Shown here: positions 12,177 through 25,665 of the stretch, piece by piece
Layout of the letters: each line of letters begins with the position of its first letter
How positions within the stretch are numbered: position 1 is the stretch's first letter
Source: Eledone cirrhosa
Taxonomy: Eukaryota
NCBI GenBank assembly: GCA_964016885.1
Contig: OZ024745.1
Coordinates: 104,036,001 to 104,100,000 of the forward strand
Direction of reading: 5' to 3'
Length of the DNA: 64,000 bases
Translations under genes and position numbers: made by a program
The notes under the pieces: generated by a model
Databases searched by the model: none
The model's input: the letters and a program-made list of their open reading frames with translations, nothing else
What the model was told of the DNA's origin: nothing

Positions 12177-13707
12177 ACAATAATCCTTAAGCTAAGATTT
12201 CTATATCACATCAGTTTTGAACCCGTTTTTCTATACTGCATTATATAACAGTATTTCTCTTAACTCTTGCTCTTCATATCTTGAAAGCTGTAAATTACAT
12301 TACAAAGAGTAACTTATTAGTAAGTCTTGCTCAAGCTTTATAATACATGTCTATCACTTTTATTGTTTTACTGCCCAAAATGCAACTTCTTCTAGACTTT
12401 AATCTTTGATTTTAGAAAGTTAATTTGACAGTAATTATTTATCTTCTAATTAATATCTTGATCAGTAAATCCTCTCTCCTGTTATCTATATCTACTTTTC
12501 AATTAGTAAAAGTTCAGAAATAACAATAGTATCAGGTGTGTCTTTTTGGGGGGGAGGGGGTGATTTGAAGGAAAAGGCTGAGTTGATGGATATCACTGAC
12601 CCTCCAAAGTGGGGTGGATGTCGTTAATGTTTATGGATATCAAAATTACTCCAATGTGGGGTAGATGTTATTAATGTTCATGGTCCCCTCAAAAGTCAAT
12701 TACTCCAGGAAAATACATGCGGAAAGAAGGAAAACCAGAGGGGTGGGTTGGTCATTACAGATCCAATCAATATTTTATCTTCCTAAATGGATTGGGGGAA
12801 CCATGTCTCACTCAATATTGGTGTTGTTGTGTGATGAGACTTGAATATTCTGTGTCACTGACCTTGAATATTCTGATGGCTTTTGTGATAATTCGCAATA
12901 ACTATACCAATGTTCAATCAACTGTTGAACACCTTGGTGTGTCTAAATAGTATGTTGACAAGATTAATGCAGCCAAGATGAGGATAGTATCTGCTGGCAT
13001 CCCGTCTTCTGAAAAGGTCCCTGACATACTCAATAACAAGATTTTGAAAGAAGTCAATCAACTCAAGTATCTTAGCACCACCTTCACTGCCACAAGCTAA
13101 GGTAAATATGAGATAGATGTCCATATCAACTGTGTAGGTGCTGCATCTGGTCACAAAAATTTGTATTTACAAAGCATTCACTTGTACATCTATATGGCTA
13201 CAAGACATGGTCAATGAGAGCAACAGACTTATGTAAGCCAGATGTATTTGATACCCTTTGCCTTTACCAAAACCTCCATGTTTGAACATTGAATTTTGTG
13301 TCAATCACCGAAATTCATTGTTGTTACAGAAAAGACACCACCATTGCTTTGGTCATGCACTCTGCCACATGTGAAGTGAACCCAGCCGTGATGGAGCTAG
13401 CTCAACCAATCCTGAGTGACTGACCAGGTCAGGTGTTTTCCAGGCAGTATCATAATGAAGATAGACTTTTCTTTTAATCTCAGTAAGGTGGATGCATGCT
13501 GCTAACACTAAGAAGTATTCTTTCATTACATAGCTTTTAATTCACCATTTTTCTTGTCAATACAATTTTCCTGACTGCTACAATTTACAAAAGTTCAAAA
13601 ACAACCAATTATCATCTCTCTCCTTGAATTATGTTCTCTCTGTCTTGTCTTTCTCCTTTTTCAGAACATATTGCAATTTAGTGTCTTTATTGCCTTACTT
13701 GGCATGG

Positions 13708-13743
<36 letters not shown>

Positions 13744-15734
13744 CTATCAGAATATTAGATTTTACAACTATGCAGAGTTTACAGTGCTTTCCTCAATTTT
13801 TCCTGACTTTGCCCTTTTGTTACCAAATTTCTAATGAAGTACACTACCTATGTTTTGCAATTTGCTTTGAAAATAATCAAAATTTTCTAATGAAACACAT
13901 TGCCTGTTTTTCAATATATTTTGAAAATAATCAAAAATCTAGATGAATTTAATAAAATAACCTTTTCATTATTAAACAGATATTTGGAACATTATAAAAT
14001 ATGATGGTTTTAATATAAAGTACAAATATTTTAAAATAGGCAGTTTTGTATCATAAAACTAGGGTAGTTTCAGGTGGGTTCATACCAAAAGGGTTAATTC
14101 AGTAGATACTTTTTATAGTCCAATATTTATACATGCCATTCCAGCAAGGCCTTGTGTGACAGTAATGGTGTTTAGACATGATATTCTTATAACAACCACT
14201 CAACTGCTGTCACAAAACTAAATAAATAAATACCTGCTTGGCCAGTTGATTTAGTCTATACCAACAAGAAAACTATATTGCCTTCTAAACACAACAAAGT
14301 ATTTCAAGGATGCTCCAGAACATAGTAGCTTAGAAGCCTAAAATGTTTAAGTATATGTGTGCATGTGTGTGTGATACTTGAAATCTTTATACTTATCCTA
14401 AGTAATACTGTTTTAGTGAAATGTTAAACATAACACCCATGCTCCTAAAAAAACCCACACAACTGAAAACTCTAATATGGAAATAACAATACCTTTTTAA
14501 TATACTGACAAAATGAAACTATGAAATAGTTACTAACCCTAACCCTAATTGGTAAGTGACCTGACAAATAAATAATATCCAAGGTGTGTTTGGCTTAGTC
14601 GGTAAACAGATACATGCACGCACAGCTCCTGTAGATATTAATTTAGTCCAGACTGAATGTCACTGGCCTCTTAGCACTAATTACATATTGCGTTGGGAAA
14701 TATTTGGCACACACAACTAACAACATTCCAGTAAAGAACTTATTTCATTGAAAACTGTTTACATCAAACAACATTTAACATAAAATAAATGATCTTTAAA
14801 AAAAGGTAAATAAAAAGTCCTGTTATAATATTTTTCAACATGAATGCAACCACAAAATTGTCCAGTTTAACAAAAGTAAATATTGAGTTAGTTCCAAGGC
14901 CTTCATTAAATTGATTGAAGCTTAATGGAATTTATTTTAAATAAAAATTAACAATAGAGAAGAAATTTCAATGAAATGCAATAGATGTTGTTAACTACCT
15001 TTTAAGGACATACCATTGTGTGTGTGTGTGTGTGTCTGTATGTATGAGTGTGTGTTCAATGTGTGTGTGCGTCCAATGTGTTTATGTATATAAGTATCAT
15101 CATCATCACCGTTTTACGCCCGTTCTTCCATGCTAGCATGGGTTAGACGGGTTGTCCTGTATAAGTATATTTGTATCCAATGTCTGTCTGTCTGTATGTA
15201 TGTGTGTCTAATGAATATATATATATATATATGTCGATGTGTGACCAATGTGTATTTGTATGTATGTATATGTGTGTCCAATGTCTTTGTATGAATGTGT
15301 ACGTGTGCTCAATGTGTCTTTGTATGTATGTGTCCAATGTGTATGTGTATGTGTCTGTGTCCAATGTGTATGTGTCTGTGTCCAATGTGCGTGTAGTTTT
15401 TTAAAGTATGTATGTGTTTTTGCATTAGCTGTGTGTGATTTGTGTGGGCCTTGTGTCTGTTTGGGAGTGTATATTTGTATTTGAATACATATGTGTAAAT
15501 ATGAGGTTCTAGTTTCCAATGTGTCCTTGAATAAATCTGCTTAGCACCTTACTTCTACTTGTCTTGGCCAGTTTTAAGACATGGTGAAGTTAAATCTTTT
15601 TTTCAAACCACAACAATGCAGTGTTATGTAGGTTAGAAAGAAATTTCTTCTCAAATAGGAAGACATTGATCTACATGTGTCATTTTCCAAAATAATTTGC
15701 TGTTTAGATGAGACAAAGATAATTATGATTATTT

Positions 15735-16135
15735 TGCTAGGTTGAGTGACACCAATCTTTCAGCTAGATAGAGTGCAGAAGACCTGCAAAGGTTGGAAAG
15801 AATTGAAGCAAGTCTACTTCAGTAGATGTGTAATCTGAATGAGCTTGAACAACATAGCATAAACAAGCTGAGATAGATGCTCAATACAAGAGGGGGTCTG
15901 ATATAATGTGCATGAGAGAATACTGTGCTGGTATGGACATGTGATGCTTATGGAAAATAACAGCTGTATGAAGTGCAGAGAAATCTTAGTGGATGAGATC
16001 TGAAGAAAAGGTCTACCAAGGAAGACCTGGGACGAAGTAGTGAAGTCTGACCTCAAGAAGCTGAACCCAATGGCAGAGATGATAAAGGACCACAAGGACT
16101 GGTGATTTGTGGTATTGGAGAAAACCCCACCTACT
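15735..16135 (+). mobile_element. Decayed RTE 3' coding fragment
   Basis: AEDLQRLERIEASLL, RILCWYGHV and GLPRKTWDEVVKSDL motifs across frameshifts. Confidence 0.75.
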
Positions 16136-16269
16136 GGTATAAAAACAAAATGCCTGATATACTCTTCCACCCCTTCAGTATCTGCTATACCCGTTATCCC
16201 TCACACATCTAACATATACCCTGTGCAGATATGACCTGACCTGAACTGAACATACACCACCCTCTATAC

Positions 16270-18867
16270 CAAAGGTTCTCAACTGGGGGCATATGCACCC
16301 CCGGTGGGCGTTTGGGAGCAAGGTCGCGTTAGGGGGGCATTTGGAGCTTGGGGGGGCTGGAAGGCTCTTTACTTTGTTAAGTTTTATAAGCCATATTTGT
16401 ATGTCTTTGAGACAGCCAGTGTGAATGCATTTGAATGAGCTTGCAGACAGCATAAATATAGTCTGACCGCAGCTGTGAGCAGGTGTGCAGGCATGTCTAA
16501 ACATTAACCAGTAATTGAGATCCTAAAAATGAAAAAACCCACAGTCAAATGGCTCAAGGACACTTTGAGCGCATCCAGTTAGAATCTTATCTTTGCTTCA
16601 CTGATAACAATGTTTTTCATGTCTGAAATTATTGACTCAACCGTAATGAGTTAACACTATGTAGATCTATTTTATTCCCTATTGTATAAATAATATTACA
16701 AATAAAAAAAAGAATAAAAACACAGAAGTGGGTAGTACACACATCTAGGACCACATACAACACATAAGCAGGTAATACACACATCTAGGACCACATACAA
16801 CACCTAAGCAGGTAATAAACGCATCTAGGACCACATACAACACATAAGCAGGTAATACACACATCTAGGACCACATACAACACCTAAGCAGGTAATAAAC
16901 GCATCTAGGACCACATACAACACATAAGAAGGTAGCACACACACATCTAGGACCACATAAAACACACAGGCAGGTAATACATACATCTAGGACCACATAC
17001 AACACATAAGCAGTTAATACAAACATCTAGGACCACATACAACACATAATCAGGTAATACAAACATCTAGGACCACATACAACACAATCAGGTAATACAT
17101 ACATCTAGGACCTCATACAATACATAAGGAGGTAATACACACATCTAGGACCACATACAACACACAAGCAGGTAATACATACAGCTGGGACCACATGCAA
17201 TACACATTGTATTATGTGCTACGGACGACGCAAGAGCAATGGTCGGCCAACACAAGGGCTTCGTCATTCTTCTGAAGAGAGAAACTCTATCTGTATTTGT
17301 TGTTCCTTGTGTCATTCATCGACAACACTTGGCTGCGAAGAAACTCAGCGAGCTGCTGAGCAAGTCCTTGCAGGTGGCCATTGATGTCATCAATTTTATC
17401 AAACAGCATTCCCTCAATGAACGAATTATCCAGCAACTGTGCCAAGATAATGACGAAGAATTCGTCAAGTTGCTCCTTCATACTGAAGTGAGGTGGCTTT
17501 CAAAGGGCAAGTGCTTTACTCACTTCTTTGAACTCTTCGACTCTATCATTGAGTTTCTGCGAAGATGCAACACAGAACAGTACAAGAAAACCCTCGATGT
17601 GAGGCAAGACTGCGCCTACCTCACCAACATCTTTGACAAATGCAATAGCGTCATTTTGGCTTTGCAGGGGAAGAAAATCACCTTGCTTAAAGCAAGGAAT
17701 GCTGTGAAAACATTCCTGGCCAAATTGAATGTCATCGAAAGGAGTCTTTGTTGACGGGAATTCTATAATTTTCCTAGTGTTGCCAATGTTCACAACATTG
17801 TAAGCGATGACCAACTCCAAATTTATACCACTCACCTCCGTGCGCTACAAGACAACATGAGAGAACGGTTTGTTGACCTTTTGCCAATGGACATCCTAAT
17901 GTGGATAGCAGATCCTTTCATAGCTAACATCGACGATTTGGACATAAAATTTTCCTTTTTGGGATGCAAGAGGAAATTCAGCGTTGATTTCCACTCCTAC
18001 ATGCAGAGCCTAAGAGATTTGCTCTGCTTTTTCCAAGCTCATACTTAGTCGAGAGGAGGTTTGGTGCTGTTTCCAGACTGCACAGTAAGGCTCACAACCG
18101 CTACAATGTAATTACACGTGGAGATCTCTGGCTACATCTTAGGAAAATTCAGCCTCACGTCAAAGAGTTAGCTAGACTCCATGAAGCTCAAGAGTCCCAT
18201 TGAAATGAGTCAAAGTTAAAGTAAGTTGATTTATCTGAAAACTTGGATATGCTATTGTTACAAAGCAAACTAACAATTTTTTTTATTTGTAGTTGCAGTC
18301 TGACTGGACTGGAAACCATCTACTACAATTCAATTACAAATTTGTTGTATATATTTTACCATTTATTAATAAATATACCCTCCCGTGTGGTCATGAAAAC
18401 CCTCTTCCGTGGTCTCTAAGCTCACAAAGCAGAGGGGACATGAAGTTAGATATCAACATTTATTCTGTCCGTTTCATTAAAGGGAACATTGGAAAGCTTT
18501 GAAATGATATAATTGCCACTTTCTTCCAGATAAGAGCACTCTTGGGATAGACAGAGTTGTTCTTGTATAAATGTTCAAAATAGCTGGTATCGCCTGGTGG
18601 GAATATAACAAATTCAACTGGTCCTTATTCATAAAAAAGAACATTTATGTTCCTTTTTTTGACATTTATATATTTCCTTTCAAGGAATGTATTTATACTC
18701 TCAGCTGCCTGCAATGGTATCTTTGGAATATTGTTAATCAATTTTTTAGTAATCTACTGATATCAAAATCAGTAGTATATTGAAAAATGGAAAAATAGGT
18801 TAGGGGGCGTTTCGTGATTTCAAGGGACAAAAGGGGGCATTTGGCCTAAATGGGTTGAGAACCTGTG
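16270..18867 (+). mobile_element. hAT DNA transposon (Buster/Charlie, ZBED5/ZBED8/SCAND3-type transposase), defective
   Basis: TIRs CAAAGGTTCTCAAC / GTTGAGAACCTGTG. Transposase motifs ATDDARAMVG, CVIHRQHLAAK, LLLHTEVRWLSKG and C-terminal SYLVERG-like to about 18203. TSD only partly matching (CTCT..). Confidence 0.88.
16731..17205. repeat. 40-bp minisatellite, about 12 copies (ACACACATCTAGGACCACATACAACACATAAGCAGGTAAT)
   Basis: Direct tandem units seen, inside the hAT element. Confidence 0.95.
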
Positions 18868-21664
18868 CTCTCGTTATCACAACGCCACCTTCAACTCTGA
18901 GACCATTCTCACATCACTTTGTTGAATCCCACCACGCTTTTCATACACCTATTACATCATACTTGTCACTCTCCTTTATCCCCCTCACCTATTGTCACAT
19001 ACCCATGACATTTATTATCCTTCTTATCCCACCTGCTAAATATGACAGCCTTGAGACAAGTCAACATTTCTGTGACACCAGTACTAGGAAGGCACCCAGT
19101 ACATTCTGTAAAGTCACTGATGTTAGGAAAGGCATCCAGTTGTACCTAAAAGGCTGAGAAACTCAATGCACCCAGTACACTCTGTAAAGAAGTTGGTATT
19201 AGGTAGGGCATCTAGCTACAGAGAACCTGCCAAACAAAGAATTGAGAAGACTCTTCAACCATGTCGAGGACATGACAACTTCCTTAGTGATGGTGCCACA
19301 ATAAGACACACTCAGACACTGTACACTGGTTGGTGTTAGGAAGAGCAGCCATAGAAAACTCTTCAGTTGTGCCAAGAGCATGAAAAACTCCCTAGTGCTG
19401 ATGCCATAATATAATTGTTTCTACTTTTGGCACAAGGCCAGCAATTACCCAGTGTATTACTGGTACTTTATTTTATCAACCCCATAAGGATGAAAGGCAA
19501 AGTTAACCTCGGCAGGATTTGAACTCAGAATGGCAAGGGCCGTAACTCTATGCGTCAAAGCATGTCGTCGGACCCCTTACCGATACTGCCAATCCACCGC
19601 CCTTTTGGCTGATGCCATAATATAATGCAGCCAGTACACTCTTTAAGGTGCTGGAAGATACGTAAGCAAGATGTGGAGGTTAGGAGGGGAGGTCAGCCTA
19701 TCTGAGAAATTAGTAGCTCTGATTAAGTACCGACTTGGTTGGTCTGTGATGACCTGTCTAACCCATGTTACCATGGAAGAAGAAACATCAACCCTTTATC
19801 TCTTAAAGCAGCCATATCTGGCCGGAATTCTCTCACCTCTTTCTGTTCAAACTGGTCATAACCGGCCACTCATGCTTATGTTAGGGTATTGTTCTCAAAA
19901 TAAATAATATCAAAATCTCATAGATTTGATATTATGTGAGATAATTATGTGAGGTAAAGCTTTTACCATGAACATTTAATAGTATATATAGAGTAATGTA
20001 AATGCTAAAGGGTTAAATGATGTTGGCAAACTGAGACAAACACAATCTAAAATATATTTCAAAAGAATACAATGAAAACATCTTGATGGGATGCAAATTT
20101 TGATGTTTATTATATTAGTAGGTCAAGTGATTTACATAGTTGATCCTTTATCAGCTTGTCCTTTTGTGTAGACTAATGCAAATTATGTCAAGAGAAGGCC
20201 ACTAGAGTAAATAAGAAGTAAAGACACTATATAAAAGAAGAATGGAATTGAAAGCAGCAAACGTGAATGGTATGCTGACGAAAAGGATGTGTGAGTTATA
20301 TAAACCAGTGAGTGATTGCGTACATAACTTACTGGGCTTCATACATATCAGTCACAGCTGTTAGAACCACAACAGCACAGGTTATAGGATATAGGGGTTA
20401 AGCTTGAAATGGTCAAAGAAAGTTAATTGAATGATTAAGTTTGACAAAGCCTAACTAATCAAACCTGAAGACTAGATTGTATAATTGATGAGATGGTTAA
20501 CAACTTACAATTCTGAGCTTGAATCCATGCCAATATTAATTTAACCTTTCATCTCAGGAGGCTGATAGAATAATTACCAGTGCAATAATGTGATCATAAC
20601 AAATACTTATGAGTTTGATAGCCAAACATTTCATTGGTTAGTGTTCACATCTATACTAGTAACCATGTGATATAATGATACACTCGTGGGGTACATAATC
20701 ATACAAAGTTTAGAAAATTGAAAATAACAGGAAGATGCATACAATATAAAGTAAATATAACTATAGAGAAAACTAATCGCTAGCAAAGATTTGTAATTTT
20801 GGAGTTAAACCAGAGAGATGGAAACAAAATACTTATCTTACTCAGTTATCCACTAACATCGATCATTTACCCACATAATTCAGTTCTAACCTATATCATC
20901 ACTGTTCAATGCCTATTTACCATACTTGCATGGGTTAGATGGGTTGTCACGCTTAGATGGGTTGAAGCTAGACTAGTTAAGTAAGCATGTTTTGTTCATA
21001 TGCTCCATTTTTGGCTTGCTTTCTAAGGCTGGATACCCTTCTTAATGCCAACCACATAACCCTTTAAACATAAATCCACACCAATTCCCCACCCTCTATA
21101 TTAAAGTATTCAAATTTATATTCAGCCCTTAGACTGGAATCTCATTTTAGGTTCATTTCAACATGTATCAAAATCAAAGAAAGAAGGTTTTGTCAATTTA
21201 TTTGAGCATAGTTTTTCTTCTTTGCCAATTTTATTCCTGAGAGGGTTGTGGGGGTAGATTCCTCAGGCATGCCATTCCAGAGGGTCCTATCAGAAGCAAC
21301 TGTTTCCAAATGATCCAACTGAATCCCCAGGTAAAATGAAATGAATATAGTTACTCATCAAATTATCTTTCTTTGATAATCAGAAATCTTTTGAAATTAG
21401 AGTCCATATTAGTTGCTATATTTTAATATATTTTTTAATATTCTGTTGAATCACATTGCATGAAATAATTTGGAGGCTGGGTTCACATTCTTATCATGGA
21501 GAGTATGTGGAACTAAAATATTGTGCAACACTGTTCTTAAGAAATCAGCAAGAGAACAGGTTCTTATACAGATATATAGACAAGTTGAAATATTTTGGAT
21601 ATCATAAGCTCTAAACTAAAAATATGATTAGTGTGATTAAGACTAAAAAAATAAGTGCTTAATG

Positions 21665-22923
21665 TATGAGGGTAAGTTAAAAATGATCTGCACTTTCACT
21701 ATAACATATCTTTAGGTTTGTCACATGTCTTCTGCTCATGTGTACTTATAGTTGGTACTATTGTGGTCACCTGATTGAAGTTTGAGCTTAATTGCGCCAG
21801 TTTTCTTGCTGCTGTTAGTGTAACCATGGCTGCTTGGCTAGCAGTGTGCACCAAGAAGTAACAAAGAGCAGTGATCTGAAAGTCATCAGAGGCTTTTAAC
21901 ACATGGTGATAGTACACTACCGCATAGAAGTGTGTATGAGTGATTCGAGAAGTTTGAAAGTGGCCAGACATGTGTTGCACACGATGAAGGAATAGGATGC
22001 CCATTAACGTCCACCATTGACGAGAAGATTCAACAAGCTCGAGAGATGGTAATGACGAACTGAAGGTAGCATGTTCTCTGAAGATTAGTCATAGTTCTGC
22101 CTATCAAATCATCCACGAGGAACTTGGCTTCCATAAAGTTTGTGCGAGATGGGTGCCAAGAAAGCTTACTGTAGAGCACAAGCCCAAATTTTTAAAGGTC
22201 TACCAATGTTTACTTGATCGCTACAACAATGAAGGCAACAAATTTTTTAGCAGAATAGTCACAGGAGATGAAACGTGGGTCCATCACTATGAGCCAGAAT
22301 CCAAATGACAGAGTATGGATTGGAAACATCCAGGCTCATCAGTGAGGAAGAAATTCAAGACTCGATCTTCGACAGGAAAACTGATGCTAACCGATTTTTG
22401 GGACTCAAAAGGGCCTATACTAGAAGACTACCTGGAAAAGGGGTGTATGATTAACAGTGCAAGATACTGCATTTTGCTGACCAACAATCTGAAGACAGCA
22501 ATTCACACCTATTATCAAAGAAAGTTTTGTTGTTGCATGACAATGCATGCCCAGACACGGCCAACCAGACTGTTGAAACCACTAACCAATTGATCTTGAG
22601 GTCCTAGAACACCCTGCCTACAGCCCAGATCTCGTGCCTTTTAACTATCATCTCTTTGGACCAATCAAAGATACTTTACAAGGTCATCAATTTCCTACAG
22701 ATAAAGAAGTGCAGGAAACGGTGCATAAACGGTTGCGTGACCAACTGAAGACCTTCTTCTTGGAGGAAATATGCAAGTTTGTGGATGATTGGAACCAAGT
22801 ACATCAAAAAGGAAGGAGACTATATAGAAAAATGATGTACTTGTTTAACGCCTGCTTTTGTGTAAATAAATTGAAAAAAACAAAAAAAACAAGAGTGCAG
22901 TTAAGGTTTGACTTTCCTTCATA
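21665..22923 (+). mobile_element. Mariner (Tc1/mariner) transposon, full length but frameshifted
   Basis: TA-flanked imperfect TIRs (TGAGGGTAAGTTAAAA...). WVPRKLT, IVTGDETWVHHYEPES, HDNA and YSPDL motifs. Confidence 0.9.
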
Positions 22924-23857
22924 CACCATTAACCCTTCTAATACCAACCTGCCCAAAACTACCTCTGATTCTATGGAATGAAACCATCCATTTAAACTGA
23001 ATTGTTCCAACATAATTTTATATAAAAACCTGTTTATCATGTTATAAATAGCATCTTAATAATCAAAATAATTTTAGTAAATCCCTCCAAATTCTTCAGT
23101 GATTAATTCAAATATTGTATTTTATCAGAAATATGATAATGAAAAGGTTAACAATAAATATGAAGCAGCGTATCACAGAAAGACAACTGTGGAAGTCTAA
23201 AGAAAAGAGCAACTAAATTGATATGAATTCTTAACTAGAAGTTTCATTTAGTTAGTCAATAATTAGTTGGAAAAGTTTAAAGAATAATTGCCCTTATTAA
23301 AAATGATGATTCTCACAGGGATTATCAAATTCTTTTTTAGTCTGCTGTCTCATTGGCTGTACATACCAACTTCAGTCCCCCTTACTCTATAATAACATAT
23401 CATAGAAGATAAGACAATATAAAGAGATAGCGATGAGTTCAATACCCTTCAAATAAGCAATTTGAGAATGGAATTGACAGTATCTCTGTTTTGGGAATAT
23501 TTGCTCTATACAATGGACATGTTAGAAATAATAATGATATACACAAGTAGAGTATGAACAGAAAATAATGATAATGAAAATAGACAACACATACTGAAAG
23601 AAATTTTAAATATCATCACATATAAATGTAAAGACTGATGTTATATACGTGAAAAGTCAACAAGGAAAACAACAGAAGAATGATACAGTACAATGATATA
23701 TATTAGTTTAACCCTTGATACAGTAAGAAAAGAGTCTTAATGTTTCAAACATTAGTCCTTCATCAGAAGACAGAATGAAAGATAAAAGAAATAGAAAGAG
23801 AGTAAGAGGAAGTACCAAAATTATTATTATTTTTTATGGGAGTAAAGCCATATATAG

Positions 23858-24916
23858 TACAGGGTACACTCAAGAGGTTTTGAGACTTTTATCAGAGACA
23901 TTTATTTAACTCAGATCAACACAAAACTCTTGTCACCCTCAAAGTAAGATCCTCCAACTTCAATGCATTTATTGTAGCACTCCAGCCACTTCTGGAAGAC
24001 CCCCCTGAAGGTGTCCAGGGCGCTTGTCACAGCCTCCTTCATCGCCTCCAAATCCTCAAAGTGGATACCCCTGAGCTTCTTCTTCAGGTTCAGGAACATC
24101 CAGAAGTTGCATGGGGCTAAGTCTGGACTGTAGGGTGGATGATGGACAGTCTTGATCCCTGTATCAGCCAAGTAGTTGGTCACCAGGATGGATTTGTGGC
24201 AGGGGGCATTTTCCTGGTGCAGGTTCCACAGACCAGACTTGAAGAGGTTTGATCTCTTGAAACGAAATCGCTTTCTGAACTCCCTAAAAACCTCTATATA
24301 GTACTCTTTGTTGACTGTTGGGCTGTGGGGGACCCATGGATGTAGATGATGCCCTTACTGTCGAAAAATTGGATCATCATGAACTTCCCAGGGATCTGCT
24401 TTGCCTGGCCTTGTTGGGTTTTGGGAAGTCAGAATGTTTCCACTGAGCACTGTCTCTTGGTCTCTGGTACTTAACAATAGACCCTTCTCTCATCACAGGT
24501 TACCAGAGACTCAAGGACACTTGGAATCAAAGCGATCCACTTAACCATCTCCCTGATGCCATCAACATGCCTCTGCCTTTGATCTTCATTGAGTACCCTA
24601 GGAACAAACTTTGCTCATATACAGATTGTCATGAATGCTTCTTTGCACATTTTTGCTGAACTTGAAACAAAACTTTATTGCCTCAAAATTGTCCTCACAT
24701 CCCGACTATATTGTGGAACCAGTCAGATGTGAGAAGATGTGTATGACAGGTAGAGTTTAAAGTGCTGTAGCAGCCCGAACCTTCAACCTGGAAAAAAAAG
24801 ATTTGGGATGTTAGCTTATTTTAACCATATGAAGGTGTACTAGAGTGACAGCTACATAGGTCAATTAAAAGTGTCTGAAAAGAAAAAGTCTCAAAAGCTC
24901 TTAAGTGGACCTCATA
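23858..24916 (-). mobile_element. Second mariner family, defective
   Basis: TIRs TACAGGGTACACTCAAGAGGTTTTGAGACTT / AAGTCTCAAAAGCTCTTAAGTGGACCTCATA. HPPYSPDLAPCNFWMF...CIEVGGSYFEG motifs. Confidence 0.9.
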
Positions 24917-25429
24917 TATCAGTGGGATTTGAACTCGGAGAGCTGGAATGAATACTGTTAAGGATTCTATCTGATGTTCTAACAACTCTGCCAATTTGTC
25001 ACCTTTCTCTTTACATTAGTGAAGCTAACTTATATAGATACAGAAAGGACATTCTGTTACAAAATCAAGCTGATATTAAACTTTCAAAAATCATACAATC
25101 CACATCAGCATAAAGAATGAATAGCAAATAATATTTGGACATGAGGACTTGGCTGGTTGGTCTGTGAGTTAATGTTATATACAAATTCTTTCCATTCCAT
25201 ATGATGCCACCTGGCATCTCTGGCTATGGTTAAACACACGTGCACTGGAGTGTGTCAATACAGGAAACTGAAAATCAATATAAATTTATAAGTTTAATGT
25301 TGGAACCTTGCACTCTGGCCAGCTGCATGTGTGAAAATATTTCAGTAACAAGCCAGTGTGTTACTAGCCAATTGTAGGCAAGCTTCTATGAGTGAAAAAT
25401 GCATTCGCTATTGCAACTACAATACTGTG

Positions 25430-25665
25430 ATGGTATGGTACAGTTACTTGTTGTGACTATTGTGCTATGACTGTACAGTGCAGTTGTTATTGCAACTATT
25501 ATGCTGTGACTGTAGAATGCAGTGGCTTTTGCAACTAAAATGCTGTGACTGGAGAGTGCAGTTGCTGTTGTAATTATTATGCTGTGACTGGAGAGTGTAG
25601 TTGCTGTTGTGATTATTATGCTGTGATTGTATAGTGCAGTTGCTATTGTAATTACTGTGCAATTT
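25430..25665. repeat. ~39-bp minisatellite, about 6 degenerate copies
   Basis: Repeated TATGCTGTGACTG(G/T)AGAGTGCAGTTGCTGTTG. Confidence 0.8.

Noticed and set aside
12700-13530. Higher-complexity segment, possible exon
   Set aside because: No TOM1 homology or clean splice sites. Faint TKVFNS-like motifs on the minus strand suggest a very old LINE, too weak to call.
14533-14548. TAACCCTAACCCTAA telomere-like motif
   Set aside because: Only about 2.5 units, compatible with chance.
15143-15519. Cys/Val/His/Thr-rich ORFs
   Set aside because: Translations of a degenerate (TG)n-derived repeat.
16731-17205. Possible CRISPR-like array (also 34888-35229 and 60775-61350)
   Set aside because: The units are contiguous tandem repeats with no unique spacers, there are no cas genes, and the context is a eukaryotic intron.
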